Below are positions 22,747 to 33,130 of a stretch of 64,000 nucleotides of DNA, in pieces. Location of the stretch: assembly GCA_963803145.1 (NCBI GenBank), contig CAWDLW010000020.1, forward strand, positions 64,001 through 128,000. Reading direction: 5' to 3'. Source of the DNA: Methanotrichaceae archaeon (GTDB lineage Archaea; Halobacteriota; Methanosarcinia; Methanotrichales; Methanotrichaceae). The position numbers and the translations under genes are program-made. The notes under the pieces were generated by a model. That model saw nothing but the letters and a program-made list of their open reading frames with translations. It had not been told where the DNA came from and did not search any database. The first letter of the stretch is position 1. Each line of letters begins with the position of its first letter.

Positions 22747-22846
22747 ATAAGATGAAATAGTCAAACAGAATTAGCCAAACAGAAATAATCTAATAGAAAA
22801 CAAAGGCTAAGGTGCTAGAAAAGATAGCGCCTTAGCCTCTTTTATT

Positions 22847-23857
22847 ATGGAGGTAATTGCCATGAGATCTGTCACAATACTGATGATTCTGCTGGGAGTT
22901 CTTTTGGTACCTGCAAATGCTTCGACAGATGTGAGATCCTTTGCGAACTCAGATTTGATTAGCGAAACAAGCAACTTCAGTTTCGTTAAAACAGAATTGG
23001 AAAGCGCGGCATCCACGTCGAATATCAACTTTGTATCTCATGGCGAATTCAATACGGAATACGCACTTGATCATGAGGGAGTTTACCGGATAAACCAAGG
23101 AATTTGGACATCGCTAAATAACTCCTGGTGGTATAACGGCCAGAACAACTTCAATAACTCCTATTCAGGATTCAATATCACCGAGGCACAGACAAGATTC
23201 TACGGCACCATGGCAACGGAGTTTTCCCCTTATCGTTATTATCCTGGGGCCATGGCGGAAACTTCTGCCTTCGCGACGTCAGACGGCCACATCGGCGATT
23301 ACAGCGCCATTTCAAAGACCATTCTGGATAGCAATATATCCAATCCAGTAATTATGAATATATCCAACCCTACCTATAACTTCAGGACTCAAGGCGAAGT
23401 TGAAACTGTGTTCAACCAGACCTGCAACGGCACTTACCATCTGAACCAGGGCATTACCACTTCGCCGGACAACTATTTTGGGCTCTATGGCAAAAGCAGC
23501 ATCTACAGCACCTTTTATAAAAACCTCGAGAACAAGAGCGGCTTTTTCAACACTCAGCACAGCACATTTACAGGCAGCCAGGTGACGAGCGCGCGGACGT
23601 TCTCCTACGGCAATATAACCGTGGGCTTTCCAAATCTAAAAAGCCCTGACCAATCAAAGGCCGAGTCTCTGGAGACAAATGCTACAAGCACATGGAGCCT
23701 CGATGAGCCGGCTGACCTCTTTAAGCAGGATATAGCCCTGGAGTTTAGAACTGCTGATGACCAGGTAGCGTATGCAGGCTTCGATGTCACAAGAGAGGTG
23801 TCGATAGGAGACATCGATTGCACTTCGGAGGAAGAGTTCGTTTATCCGGAGACTTGA
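22847..23857 (+). CDS. Secreted hypothetical glycoprotein with internal repeat
   Basis: Signal peptide, many N-x-S/T sequons; NF..GE..T......G.Y..NQGI.TS occurs twice. Confidence 0.8.
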   Translation: MEVIAMRSVTILMILLGVLLVPANASTDVRSFANSDLISETSNFSFVKTELESAASTSNINFVSHGEFNTEYALDHEGVYRINQGIWTSLNNSWWYNGQNNFNNSYSGFNITEAQTRFYGTMATEFSPYRYYPGAMAETSAFATSDGHIGDYSAISKTILDSNISNPVIMNISNPTYNFRTQGEVETVFNQTCNGTYHLNQGITTSPDNYFGLYGKSSIYSTFYKNLENKSGFFNTQHSTFTGSQVTSARTFSYGNITVGFPNLKSPDQSKAESLETNATSTWSLDEPADLFKQDIALEFRTADDQVAYAGFDVTREVSIGDIDCTSEEEFVYPET

Positions 23858-23867
23858 CCGAGGTTCC

Positions 23868-24887
23868 ATGAGGCCGCTCAGATTGCTGTTACCGTTTCTG
23901 ATAATGATATGTTTGGCAGGGGCTGTAAAGGCAGAGATAGGCCTTCAGATGGACTTCTATAATCCAGATGATAGCATTTCAGTCGGTCTCTCCGCAGAGA
24001 ATATGAAGTTTGATGCCGGGATTTCGCTCATGCCCGACTCTGTGTCATACCAGAACGGCGGCAAATCCATCGCCCAAGATAGCTATTACTCATATCAGGT
24101 GGTCCTCAACGGCGAAAAGATAACATCAGCTGCCAAAACTGATTCGGGATCACTTGGATGGAGTACAACGGCTTACTCCGGCGGTAAAGGTGTAGATCCC
24201 GATCAGCTAGCCGTTAAGCATAGCGATATGGTTCAAAATGGAACCCTATATACATGTGATACCAACAATGATTATAAGATCGAGCAGACTATGAACACAT
24301 TTAACGCCATCGGCTATCAACAAGGGACAACAATGCTGCACCTTATGTCGTCCTCAGGCATAGGTCAGACCATAGAAAACAGCCTGACGGATCAAATCAA
24401 GGGCTTTCAAGATACCATAAACGTCGAACATCTAGTGGGTGAAAAGAAACCGGCCGACATAGATCTAAATGTTAACGGCGATACGGATGCCCAGTGGCAA
24501 TATAACTTCGTATCCAATCCAACTCAATATACCTTCGGCCAGTCGGTAATAGGAATCATGAGGCATTCTGATAAAGATAATCTTACGATGAAGGGAGAGG
24601 CAGCAGGATTTCCCACCCAGGTACTGCCAATACAGGGCATCAATATCTCCTACCAGCTCAATAACGCCAATTATAGCGAGTCATTTGGAAGGCTTAATTC
24701 TGAGATAAATGAATCCATAAACCAGTCCGAAGGGATTTGTAATCTGCCAAATACGCCAAAACCGATACCTGTATATAACTTCGACCAGAACGAGTTAACA
24801 AATCCAATAAGTATCAATACTTCTGGCAAATCGACGAAAGCAGAGGTATTCTATAGGATGTCGGTCCAGTTTAAAGTAGATGTATAA
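23868..24887 (+). CDS. Secreted hypothetical protein
   Basis: MRPLRLLLPFLIMICLAGAVKA signal peptide; beta-strand-like mature part ending MSVQFKVDV. Confidence 0.8.
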   Translation: MRPLRLLLPFLIMICLAGAVKAEIGLQMDFYNPDDSISVGLSAENMKFDAGISLMPDSVSYQNGGKSIAQDSYYSYQVVLNGEKITSAAKTDSGSLGWSTTAYSGGKGVDPDQLAVKHSDMVQNGTLYTCDTNNDYKIEQTMNTFNAIGYQQGTTMLHLMSSSGIGQTIENSLTDQIKGFQDTINVEHLVGEKKPADIDLNVNGDTDAQWQYNFVSNPTQYTFGQSVIGIMRHSDKDNLTMKGEAAGFPTQVLPIQGINISYQLNNANYSESFGRLNSEINESINQSEGICNLPNTPKPIPVYNFDQNELTNPISINTSGKSTKAEVFYRMSVQFKVDV

Positions 24888-24984
24888 ACCATCTTTCGAT
24901 CTTTTTTTATTAATAATAATATTCGATTAAAGCTCTTGCAAAGTATCTACCAAAAGAATTATATCTGCTGTAGAAGTTTAGCTA

Positions 24985-25947
24985 ATGCTGAGAAAGCAGA
25001 AGAAATCGTACAACGGCCAGTACCATAATTGCATATATCAGGCCGAAATAGATCCGATTAGAGGTAGCTTGATGGTAGGAGGGATAAGATACTTAGCGTT
25101 GGTTATGCTTTTGTGTATGCTTATGCCGCCATCAGCTTCGCGAATGGGCTACGATATTATTGCAACCATCCCAGGATCAGCCATAGAGATACATCGTACC
25201 ACAGATTACATTAACTTCTCAATGGATGGCTCCGTAAAGGGAACAGGCAATTTCTCAAAGCTGGCCCATATAACGAAATATGCAGGAATCGAGACGAAGG
25301 AGCTGTCTGCGTCTCCAAAAGAGAGCGACCTTGAGTATGACGAGCGCTTTCAACTGTTGAGCAGGTACGGACCTGTTTATGCAACCATCGATCTTCAGAG
25401 CATCAACCTCACGAATGGGACAGTAGGTCCCATTTTCATAAATGGAGCAGCCGATGTAGTAGTTGATGAAGCGTGGCCTACATATATATCAGATTATAAG
25501 AAGATCTCATATCTTGGGCCTGGGTTGACAAGTATAGAAAAGTATGATAATAATGGAGATACCATCTCTAAATATCTTGACTCTTGGAAGCTTTCTAAGG
25601 AAAGCCTTTATCAAACATTTATCAACAGATCCATAATATCAATTAATATATCATCAACTGGTATAAAAGCCGAAAGATTCACAAACAGATCAACCTTATA
25701 TCAGCTTAGCCAGAGTTCTATTGGGGCAGCCGCGCGTCTCGACGCATCCCAGAGATCTTTGAATGGTAATATTGCTCGAGTCTCGCAGGACTATATAGGC
25801 AGCCATGAGATGGACCTGAGGTTAGGAATGTCCGATATTATAAAGAAAAATATTTCAGATGATAACTGGCTCGATTGCTGCTCCGACTACTCCGACTACT
25901 CCGATTATTTGAACACAGATACAGTTTCAAAGCTGTTTGATACATAG
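24985..25947 (+). CDS. Secreted hypothetical protein (start probably ~25072 MVGGIRYL)
   Basis: Signal-like segment, sequons, C-terminal WLDCC followed by SDY x3 from a 9-bp tandem repeat. Confidence 0.78.
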   Translation: MLRKQKKSYNGQYHNCIYQAEIDPIRGSLMVGGIRYLALVMLLCMLMPPSASRMGYDIIATIPGSAIEIHRTTDYINFSMDGSVKGTGNFSKLAHITKYAGIETKELSASPKESDLEYDERFQLLSRYGPVYATIDLQSINLTNGTVGPIFINGAADVVVDEAWPTYISDYKKISYLGPGLTSIEKYDNNGDTISKYLDSWKLSKESLYQTFINRSIISINISSTGIKAERFTNRSTLYQLSQSSIGAAARLDASQRSLNGNIARVSQDYIGSHEMDLRLGMSDIIKKNISDDNWLDCCSDYSDYSDYLNTDTVSKLFDT

Positions 25948-26133
25948 CATATTAACGAATCTCCCGTCTTAGTCATTTTATCCATAATTTTCATCATAAT
26001 AGGATAACCAAGATAGAGTTAAGGAATTTCCAAAAATAACAGGAAAGCTTATGACCTATTCTGCGGTACTCTTTTATCCAATAGAATTTAGAGCCAGCCA
26101 GAGTTCAGCCGAAAGGAACTATGGAGAAGAGCG

Positions 26134-27093
26134 ATGACACAGGATCTTAAGGCTATTTACAGCGATGCGCCTGGCATATTCCAAGGGCTCAGGCGCGAGA
26201 TTGATAAGGTAATGGTAGGCCAAGGTGCGGCCATTGAGCAGCTTCTTGTCTCCATTCTGGCAGGAGGCCATGCCCTTCTTGAGAGCAACCCGGGGCTTGC
26301 AAAGACGCTTCTTATAAAGACTACAGCCTTGACAATGGGCCTGAGCTTCAGCAGGATTCAATGCACTCCAGATCTAATGCCAGCGGACATCACAGGTACA
26401 ACTATTATTGAAGAGACCACCTCGGGAAGTAAAGAGTTCAGGTTCACGCCTGGACCTGTGTTCGCAAACATCGTCCTTGCAGATGAGATCAACAGGGCAT
26501 CACCCAAGACGCAAAGCGCGCTTCTCGAGGCGATGCAAGAGAAGCAGGTGACTGTCGGCAATCATACTTATCACCTAGATCAGCCGTTCTTCATCCTTGC
26601 GACACAAAACCCAATAGAGATGGAGGGAACATTTCCACTGCCTGAGGCTCAGCTTGATAGATTCCTGCTCAAGATCCTCTTAGGTTACCCCTCATTCGAG
26701 GAGGAGATAGGGATCTTAGATAGGTATACGGGAAATATTGAGCCGACAGTAAACCAAGTGGTATCAAAAGAGGAGCTTCTGGTTCTGCAGCAGCTTTGCC
26801 GTGATATACCTATTTCGGATGAGCTGAAGCAAAATGTGGTAAAGATCGTTCTTTCAACAAGGAGCTGGGAGGGCGTACAGTATGGGGCGAGTCCAAGGGC
26901 ATCTATAGGCCTGATACTGTCTTCAAAGGCCAGGGCGTTTCTCCAGGGGAAAAACTATGTTTCAAAGGATGACTTGCATGCTATGGCCTATCCGGTGCTC
27001 AGGCACAGGATAATTCTTAACTTTGAAGCCGAGCGAAAGGGCTTGACACGCGACCAGGTTGTGACTGATATTCTGAAGAGCCTCAATATCTGA
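26134..27093 (+). CDS. MoxR family AAA+ ATPase
   Basis: GHALLESNPGLAKT, RIQCTPDLMPADITG, LADEINRASPKTQSALLEAMQE, ATQNPIE, LPEAQLDRF. Confidence 0.96.
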   Translation: MTQDLKAIYSDAPGIFQGLRREIDKVMVGQGAAIEQLLVSILAGGHALLESNPGLAKTLLIKTTALTMGLSFSRIQCTPDLMPADITGTTIIEETTSGSKEFRFTPGPVFANIVLADEINRASPKTQSALLEAMQEKQVTVGNHTYHLDQPFFILATQNPIEMEGTFPLPEAQLDRFLLKILLGYPSFEEEIGILDRYTGNIEPTVNQVVSKEELLVLQQLCRDIPISDELKQNVVKIVLSTRSWEGVQYGASPRASIGLILSSKARAFLQGKNYVSKDDLHAMAYPVLRHRIILNFEAERKGLTRDQVVTDILKSLNI

Positions 27094-27124
27094 TCGATTC
27101 TCGAGTGGTAACTAACAGGTAAAT

Positions 27125-27982
27125 ATGGATACAGATTTCTTTCGCGAGCTGGATAGGTTCGCCTTGCTTGTGAAGAAACGAGTCTCAACGGCTTATACAG
27201 GAGGAAGGAAATCGCTGCGGTTCGGACACGGAATAAGCCCTGTCGGCTACAGGGAGTACCGCAAGGGGGATGACTTCAAGCTCGTGGACTGGAAGGTTTA
27301 CGGCAGAACTGAGAAGCTCTATATTCGCGAGCATGAGGAAGAGCGATCGCTTGTAGTTAACATACTTCTGGATGCGAGCGGCAGCATGGGCTATGATGGA
27401 AAGTTCGGCTACGCTTCTCGCATCGCGGCTGGATTCGCTTATCTTGCGACTTTGGAGAACGAGAAATATGCAATATCGCTCTTTTGTAAAAAGCTCTATC
27501 CGGGCGAGCCAAGACGAGGCAGAAGGTATCTATTTCAAGCGATAGAGGATCTGGATGAAACTGCGCCCAAGGGGGAAACTGATATGAAACTAGTTTCAGA
27601 GCAGTTTGATGCCATGATAACTTCTACTAGCCTAGTCGTGATAATATCCGATTTCCTGGGTAACACTGAGGAGATACTTTCCAGCATTTACAGGCTCTCA
27701 AAGCACGATCTAGTTCTGATACAGGTGCTGGCTCCTGATGAGTTACAGTTGAATTTTGGCGGGGATATCAGATTCGTTGACATGGAAACAAAACAGCCCT
27801 TGATAACGCGCGTGACGCAGGCAACTAAAAATGAGTATAAGAGAAAGCTGGATGAGCACAACTCCCGGATAGCTGCAGCCTGCAACAATGTAGGTGCGGA
27901 CTTCTTCAGCTTTAGGACAGATAAGCCGATATTCGATGCCTTCTCAGAAATGGTTTCTAAGGCGATCATCTGGAGAATATGA
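27125..27982 (+). CDS. DUF58 (VWA-like) MoxR partner
   Basis: YREYRKGDDFKLVDWKVYGRT..LLDASGSM..IISDF. Confidence 0.92.
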   Translation: MDTDFFRELDRFALLVKKRVSTAYTGGRKSLRFGHGISPVGYREYRKGDDFKLVDWKVYGRTEKLYIREHEEERSLVVNILLDASGSMGYDGKFGYASRIAAGFAYLATLENEKYAISLFCKKLYPGEPRRGRRYLFQAIEDLDETAPKGETDMKLVSEQFDAMITSTSLVVIISDFLGNTEEILSSIYRLSKHDLVLIQVLAPDELQLNFGGDIRFVDMETKQPLITRVTQATKNEYKRKLDEHNSRIAAACNNVGADFFSFRTDKPIFDAFSEMVSKAIIWRI

Positions 27983-29181
27983 AGCTTGGATATGGCCATG
28001 GATATCTGGAGCTTGAGACTCTTGGGGAGGTTGTGCTTCCGGAGGAGCTGCCTGCTGCAGGCGATGGTGAAATTGAGAGAGCTCTCACTGAATCCATTGG
28101 TAAACACTTGGCGGATCTCAGCGGAAGATCGGCCTCCATTCTTGTCAGCGATATAACGCGCCCGGCGCCGAGCTATCTTATGCTTCCGCCTCTTCAGACG
28201 AGTCTAAAGCATATGGGCATTTCCGAGCTGAAAGTCATCTTCGCATTGGGAACTCATAGACGGATGGACCCCAGTGAAGAGAATGCGCTTCTGAAGGATT
28301 GCATAGGGGTGCCTCATATGCAGCATGACCCCAAAAGATGCATACCTATTGGCAAAACTTCGAGAGGCACTCCTGTTGAGATACTAGAGGATGTCGTCTC
28401 ATCTGATTTGATAATCGCCACTGGAAATATCGAGTATCACTATTATGCAGGCTACAGCGGCGGCGCAAAGGCGATGCTGCCTGGTGTAAGCTCCATGGCG
28501 TCCGTCGTGAGAAATCATGAGCTCATGAGGGACCCACGAGCCGTCTCAGGACGCCTTGATAGTCCTGTGAGACGGGATATGGAAGAGGCAGCAGCTATTG
28601 GCAGACTGGATTTTATCTTAAATGTGGTTTTGAACGGCAGAAAGGAGATAGTACGCGCTGTTGCAGGCGACTTTATTCAGGCTCATCGAGCTGGTGCTCA
28701 AGTAGTTGACCAAATGTACCGAAAAAACGTTGAACCGGCTGAGATCGTCATAACCTGCACGGGAGGAATGCCCAAGGATATCAACCTCTTCCAGGCTCAA
28801 AAGGCGCTGGATAATGCTAAGGCTGCGGCAGTTCCTGGCGGAACGATAATTCTTGTTGCAGAATGCAGCGAGGGATTAGGCAACCCAGTCTTTGAGCGGT
28901 GGGTTAACGAGGCTAAGTGTGCCGAAGATTGCATTGAGCGTTTTGGCCGAGAATATGAGTTCGGCGGACATAAGGCTGCATTCTTAGCAAAGGAATCTCT
29001 GAATCACGATTTGATTTTAGTATCCTCAATTCCGTCCGCAAAGGTGAGAAAATGCTTCTTTACGCCTGCGAAAACTTTGAATGAAGCGATTTCCATGGCG
29101 CAAGAGCGACAAGGCAAGGATGCACGTATGATTGTGATGCCCCATGGAAATCTGACGCTGGCTGCTGCGAAGAAGCGATGA
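27979..29181 (+). CDS. larA: Nickel-pincer-dependent lactate racemase family protein
   Basis: SDITRP, ALGTHR, HYYAGYSGGAK, DINLFQAQK, GHKA motifs; ATGA overlap with DUF58. Confidence 0.9.
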   Translation: MKLGYGHGYLELETLGEVVLPEELPAAGDGEIERALTESIGKHLADLSGRSASILVSDITRPAPSYLMLPPLQTSLKHMGISELKVIFALGTHRRMDPSEENALLKDCIGVPHMQHDPKRCIPIGKTSRGTPVEILEDVVSSDLIIATGNIEYHYYAGYSGGAKAMLPGVSSMASVVRNHELMRDPRAVSGRLDSPVRRDMEEAAAIGRLDFILNVVLNGRKEIVRAVAGDFIQAHRAGAQVVDQMYRKNVEPAEIVITCTGGMPKDINLFQAQKALDNAKAAAVPGGTIILVAECSEGLGNPVFERWVNEAKCAEDCIERFGREYEFGGHKAAFLAKESLNHDLILVSSIPSAKVRKCFFTPAKTLNEAISMAQERQGKDARMIVMPHGNLTLAAAKKR

Positions 29182-29489
29182 GTATAAGTCTCAAATCCGG
29201 TTAAACGTTCCCTGTTCCCTAGTTTATGCTTCTTCCTGTCTTAGGGCATCCTCGGGCTTATGCTCTTTTGGCATCTCTTGCGCACGGATTATCGAACTGT
29301 GCATTCTCTGCGCACATAAGCACTTCTTCAGCGAGTGCTAGTTCAATACGTGCCTTCAAGAGTGCCTGATATGCATCTCTTATCTCAGCTTCAGTAACAT
29401 CTCAAATTTATTATATTATATCGTTGATTCCGTATAATCTTTGGTAAAGGCAGCAACCCATGTATACTCCTTTAATTTATTTGAGATTT

Positions 29490-30377
29490 TTATCCTGAGG
29501 AAACAGAGCTTACAGATTGCATGCCGCTTGATCCTCCACTTGAATCCATACTCATCGAGGTGCTGGAGCTAACGTCTCCACTGTATCCCTGGCCCACGCT
29601 GGCTGACCCTGAACCTAAATTAGCAACTGAGCTTGCAGCAGCAGCATCACTAGCTGTACCTGCTCGAAGTGGAGTTTCAGTTCCAGCTCCTTGAGATTGG
29701 GAAGAATCTGGGGCTGCAGTATCTGATGTAGTATCAGATGCAGTTGAGGAAATCCCAGCAGGGGCCGTACCTGTGACATCACCCGACCATGTATCTCCGT
29801 TCGCTGAGTAGGCGGTGTAAGAACCAGCAGTATTCGAATCGAGTGAGAGATCGAGCTTGTAAAGATCCAGACTATTGATCGGCATCACAGTAAGCATTAT
29901 TTTGCCGCCCGAAAGAGAACCGCTGGCTGTAACCCTTTGAGTGCCATTTCCTCCGGTCATTGCCCCATAACCCATAACAGTATCCTTATTTTGTGTTAAG
30001 CTCAGGTCAATATGTCTTGTAAGTTCGCCCGATAGGTCTAAGGACCAAGCACCGGAAATGTTCGCGTTCTCTGCGTCAGCCGTATTTGTCGTCAGCGTAT
30101 TTGTTGTCGGCATTACATCCATCTCTGCGCCAGCAGGAGGCGTGCCCAAATAGGTAGTTGAAGGTCCGCTGGCAGAACTATATTCGGGATTGTTCCCAGT
30201 TATTATTCCGGCCTCCTTAGCCTGCTGCTCAAGCTCCAGATCCATGCCTGTGGACATAGTCTCGCCAACGAAGTTGGGACTTAGGGGATCACCCGCTCCC
30301 CCCCAGTCTTGAGCATGCACTTGGACTATTATATAGGCAATAGCCGTTATAATCAATGGCAATTTGTCGTACATCAT
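29490..30377 (-). CDS. Secreted hypothetical protein with Ser/Thr-rich tail
   Basis: Signal peptide ending VHA|QDW; ISGAWSLDL beta domain; low-complexity C-terminus. Confidence 0.8.
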   Translation of the reverse strand: MMYDKLPLIITAIAYIIVQVHAQDWGGAGDPLSPNFVGETMSTGMDLELEQQAKEAGIITGNNPEYSSASGPSTTYLGTPPAGAEMDVMPTTNTLTTNTADAENANISGAWSLDLSGELTRHIDLSLTQNKDTVMGYGAMTGGNGTQRVTASGSLSGGKIMLTVMPINSLDLYKLDLSLDSNTAGSYTAYSANGDTWSGDVTGTAPAGISSTASDTTSDTAAPDSSQSQGAGTETPLRAGTASDAAAASSVANLGSGSASVGQGYSGDVSSSTSMSMDSSGGSSGMQSVSSVSSG

Positions 30378-30567
30378 GCCAGCTATTGGTTATGTCCCAT
30401 TTATTGTTTTCGGATAATTGATTTCAGATGATATATAATAGCAACACTGTGCATCTGCTGCATTATCACTGGCTAGCGACACATCAGTTTCTAATTTGAA
30501 GCTACATTTTTGGGGAAGCTTTAATTTCTTGATATGGTAAGTAAGACGTTATCGAATCAAGGTTCAC

Positions 30568-31941
30568 ATGAGAGATATTGCTGAAGATCTGAGGAAAATC
30601 GTTGGCGAGAGAATCGCAGATTCGCTCACCGAGCGGTGCTGCTACTCATCTGATGCATCTCAGGTCCAGGGGATGCCAGATTACGTGGTTCGCCCAAAGA
30701 GCGCTTCTGAAGTTTCCAGTATCCTACGCCTCTGCAGCGATCTCGAAATTCCAGTGACCGCACGGGGAGCGGGAACAGGCCTTGCAGGAGGAGCTGTGCC
30801 GGTTAGGGGCGGCATAGTCCTGGACACGTCCGGCATGGATAGAATAATCGAGATTGATATTGAGAACCTCCAGGTCACCGTAGAGCCGGGCGTGGTTCAG
30901 GAAAGGCTTAACCAGGTTCTATTGCCCTATGGGTTTTTCTTCCCGCCTGATCCCGGAAGCTCTGCTACATGCACCATCGGAGGAATGATCTCTTACAACA
31001 GCAGCGGTATGCGCTGTGTGAAGTACGGGACTACGCGCAATTATATTCTCGATCTGGAGATTGTACTCTCAGATGGCCGCGTGATCCATACCGGCTCAAA
31101 GATGCTCAAATCGGCTGCAGGCTATGATCTCACAAGGCTGTTTGTTGGCTCTGAAGGATCCTTGGGCATAATTACCAAAGCAGGCTTGAAGATAGTTCCG
31201 CGGCCGTTGGCCAGAAGGCTTGTTGTTGCATCCTTTGACAACGCCGAGATTGCGGGCCGGGCTGTAGTGAAGGTATTCTCCGGCGGCATCACGCCGTCGG
31301 CCTGCGAGATCCTTGATAGGACGACACTGCAGGTCCTGAAGCGCTGCGATTCCAGTCTGGCTCTGCCGAATGATGGGGATGTGATCCTCTTTGAGGTCGA
31401 TGGGACCGAGAGTTCAACCGCAGAGGATGCAAAGCGAATTTCTGAGACCTGCTCCTCCTTGGCAAGGAGCATTCAGATCGCCTCAAGCCGCAGCGATATG
31501 GATGCTATCTGGGCAGCGCGCAAACTTGTTGGAGCTGCGGTTTCGCGCATTGATCCAACAAAGACACGCATCTACGTGGCCGAGGATGTTGGCGTGCCTA
31601 TAAAGCAAATCCCAGCTTTGATTAAGAGAATCCAGGAGATATCGAACGAATTCGACCTGCCTGCGATGAAGTATGGGCACATAGGCGACGGCAATCTGCA
31701 CGTTGCTTTGTTCATCGATGTGATGGATGAGGATCAGTGGGAGAGGCTGAGGAAGGCGGCAGATAGAATTCACAGAACGGCGATTGGGCTTGGCGGCACG
31801 GTCAGCTCGGAGCATGGCATCGGCCTTGCAAGGGCCGAATATATGGCTGAACAGGTAGGTCCAGCCCTGGATGTGATGAGGGCGATCAAGAAGGCCCTGG
31901 ATCCAAAGGGCATACTTAATCCCGGCAAGATGGGCCTGTGA
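30568..31941 (+). CDS. FAD-linked oxidoreductase, GlcD/D-lactate dehydrogenase family
   Basis: RGAGTGLAGG, FPPDPGS, TIGG, GYDLTRLFVGSEG, GHIGDGNLH, SEHGIG, LDPKGILNPGK. Confidence 0.94.
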   Translation: MRDIAEDLRKIVGERIADSLTERCCYSSDASQVQGMPDYVVRPKSASEVSSILRLCSDLEIPVTARGAGTGLAGGAVPVRGGIVLDTSGMDRIIEIDIENLQVTVEPGVVQERLNQVLLPYGFFFPPDPGSSATCTIGGMISYNSSGMRCVKYGTTRNYILDLEIVLSDGRVIHTGSKMLKSAAGYDLTRLFVGSEGSLGIITKAGLKIVPRPLARRLVVASFDNAEIAGRAVVKVFSGGITPSACEILDRTTLQVLKRCDSSLALPNDGDVILFEVDGTESSTAEDAKRISETCSSLARSIQIASSRSDMDAIWAARKLVGAAVSRIDPTKTRIYVAEDVGVPIKQIPALIKRIQEISNEFDLPAMKYGHIGDGNLHVALFIDVMDEDQWERLRKAADRIHRTAIGLGGTVSSEHGIGLARAEYMAEQVGPALDVMRAIKKALDPKGILNPGKMGL

Positions 31942-32077
31942 GTGAATTTAGTTTTATCTCGAATAACAAAACGTACTTGACCAAACCTCAAAGACATGAA
32001 GGCACAAAGAATAACAAAAAGCTCAATGGGAGTAAGCAAGACCTCATCGTTGTTTCGGATAAGCTCAGGATAATAAT

Positions 32078-33130
32078 ATGAAGCTCGATCTCAGGTCGAT
32101 CAACAAGTGCGTTCGGTGTGGCACATGCCGGTCAGTCTGCCCTGTCTTCGAGGAGACTGGCTGGGAATCGAAGAACACACGAGGCCGCATCCTCGTCATG
32201 CGGAGCCTGATGAATGGCTGCAAGCCCGATGCCGACGTGCTCGACAGCCTGAACACCTGCACCACATGCGGCATCTGTATAGATAGCTGCCCTGCAGACG
32301 TAAACCCTGTCAGCCTTGTCGAGGGTGCAAGGAAGGAGCTTGTCTCCGATGGCGTGATGACCGATCTTCAGGCGCTGCTGAATGAGAATGTGATGGAGAG
32401 CGGCAACACCTTCGGCGAATCACAGGACCGGCTGGCATGGCTGAAGGATAAAAGCCTGCTGAAGGAAAAGGCGGATTACGTTTACTTCGTTGGCTGCCTG
32501 AACTCCTATCGCTACCTAGAGACAGCGAAGAAGACCTTCGATATACTCAGCCGCTTCGGCGCGACCTTGCTTCCGGCTGAGCAGTGCTGCGGCTCGCCGC
32601 TGCTCAGGACGGGCTTTGATGCGAGCCTGTTGATGGAGGCAAACATCAGCCAGATTGAGGATATCGGCGCTAATACTATTATCACAGGCTGTGCGGGATG
32701 CTATACTACTCTAAAAAACAATTATCCCAGGAAATTCGAGGTCAAAAGCGTTCCTGAGTTTCTGGCTGTGCATCTTTCCGAGCTGAACCTCAAGCGCCTT
32801 GATTTGACTGTGACCTATCACGATCCCTGCCACCTCGGGAGGATGAACAAAGTCTTCGATCAGCCGCGCCAGGTGATTAAAGCAATCTGCAATCTGAAGG
32901 AGATGGAAACCAACCGTAAGAACGCTCGCTGCTGTGGGGGCGGCGGGGGTGTGAGGGCTGGGTACAAAGATCTATCACTGCAGATGGCGAAAAGGCGGCT
33001 GGAGGATGTGCCTTCTGGCGTGGACTATATCGTGACATGCTGTCCGATGTGCATCAGGAACCTGAGCGATGCTGGGGCTGGAGAGAAAGTCGTGGATTTG
33101 GTGGAGCTGGTGGAGAGAGCGATGAGGTGA
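32078..33130 (+). CDS. Fe-S/CCG-domain oxidoreductase subunit (GlcF/GlpC/HdrD-like)
   Basis: Two CxxCxxCxxxCP motifs, two CCG domains, YHDPCHLGR. Confidence 0.92.
   Translation: MKLDLRSINKCVRCGTCRSVCPVFEETGWESKNTRGRILVMRSLMNGCKPDADVLDSLNTCTTCGICIDSCPADVNPVSLVEGARKELVSDGVMTDLQALLNENVMESGNTFGESQDRLAWLKDKSLLKEKADYVYFVGCLNSYRYLETAKKTFDILSRFGATLLPAEQCCGSPLLRTGFDASLLMEANISQIEDIGANTIITGCAGCYTTLKNNYPRKFEVKSVPEFLAVHLSELNLKRLDLTVTYHDPCHLGRMNKVFDQPRQVIKAICNLKEMETNRKNARCCGGGGGVRAGYKDLSLQMAKRRLEDVPSGVDYIVTCCPMCIRNLSDAGAGEKVVDLVELVERAMR

Noticed and set aside
25881-25908. 9-bp tandem repeat (SDY x3) as a phase-variation switch
   Set aside because: In-frame, near the C-terminus; copy change would not switch expression
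29255-29402. Minus-strand frame DVTEAEIRDAYQALLKARIELALAEE..
   Set aside because: Protein-like but short and without a start; at most an unassignable remnant
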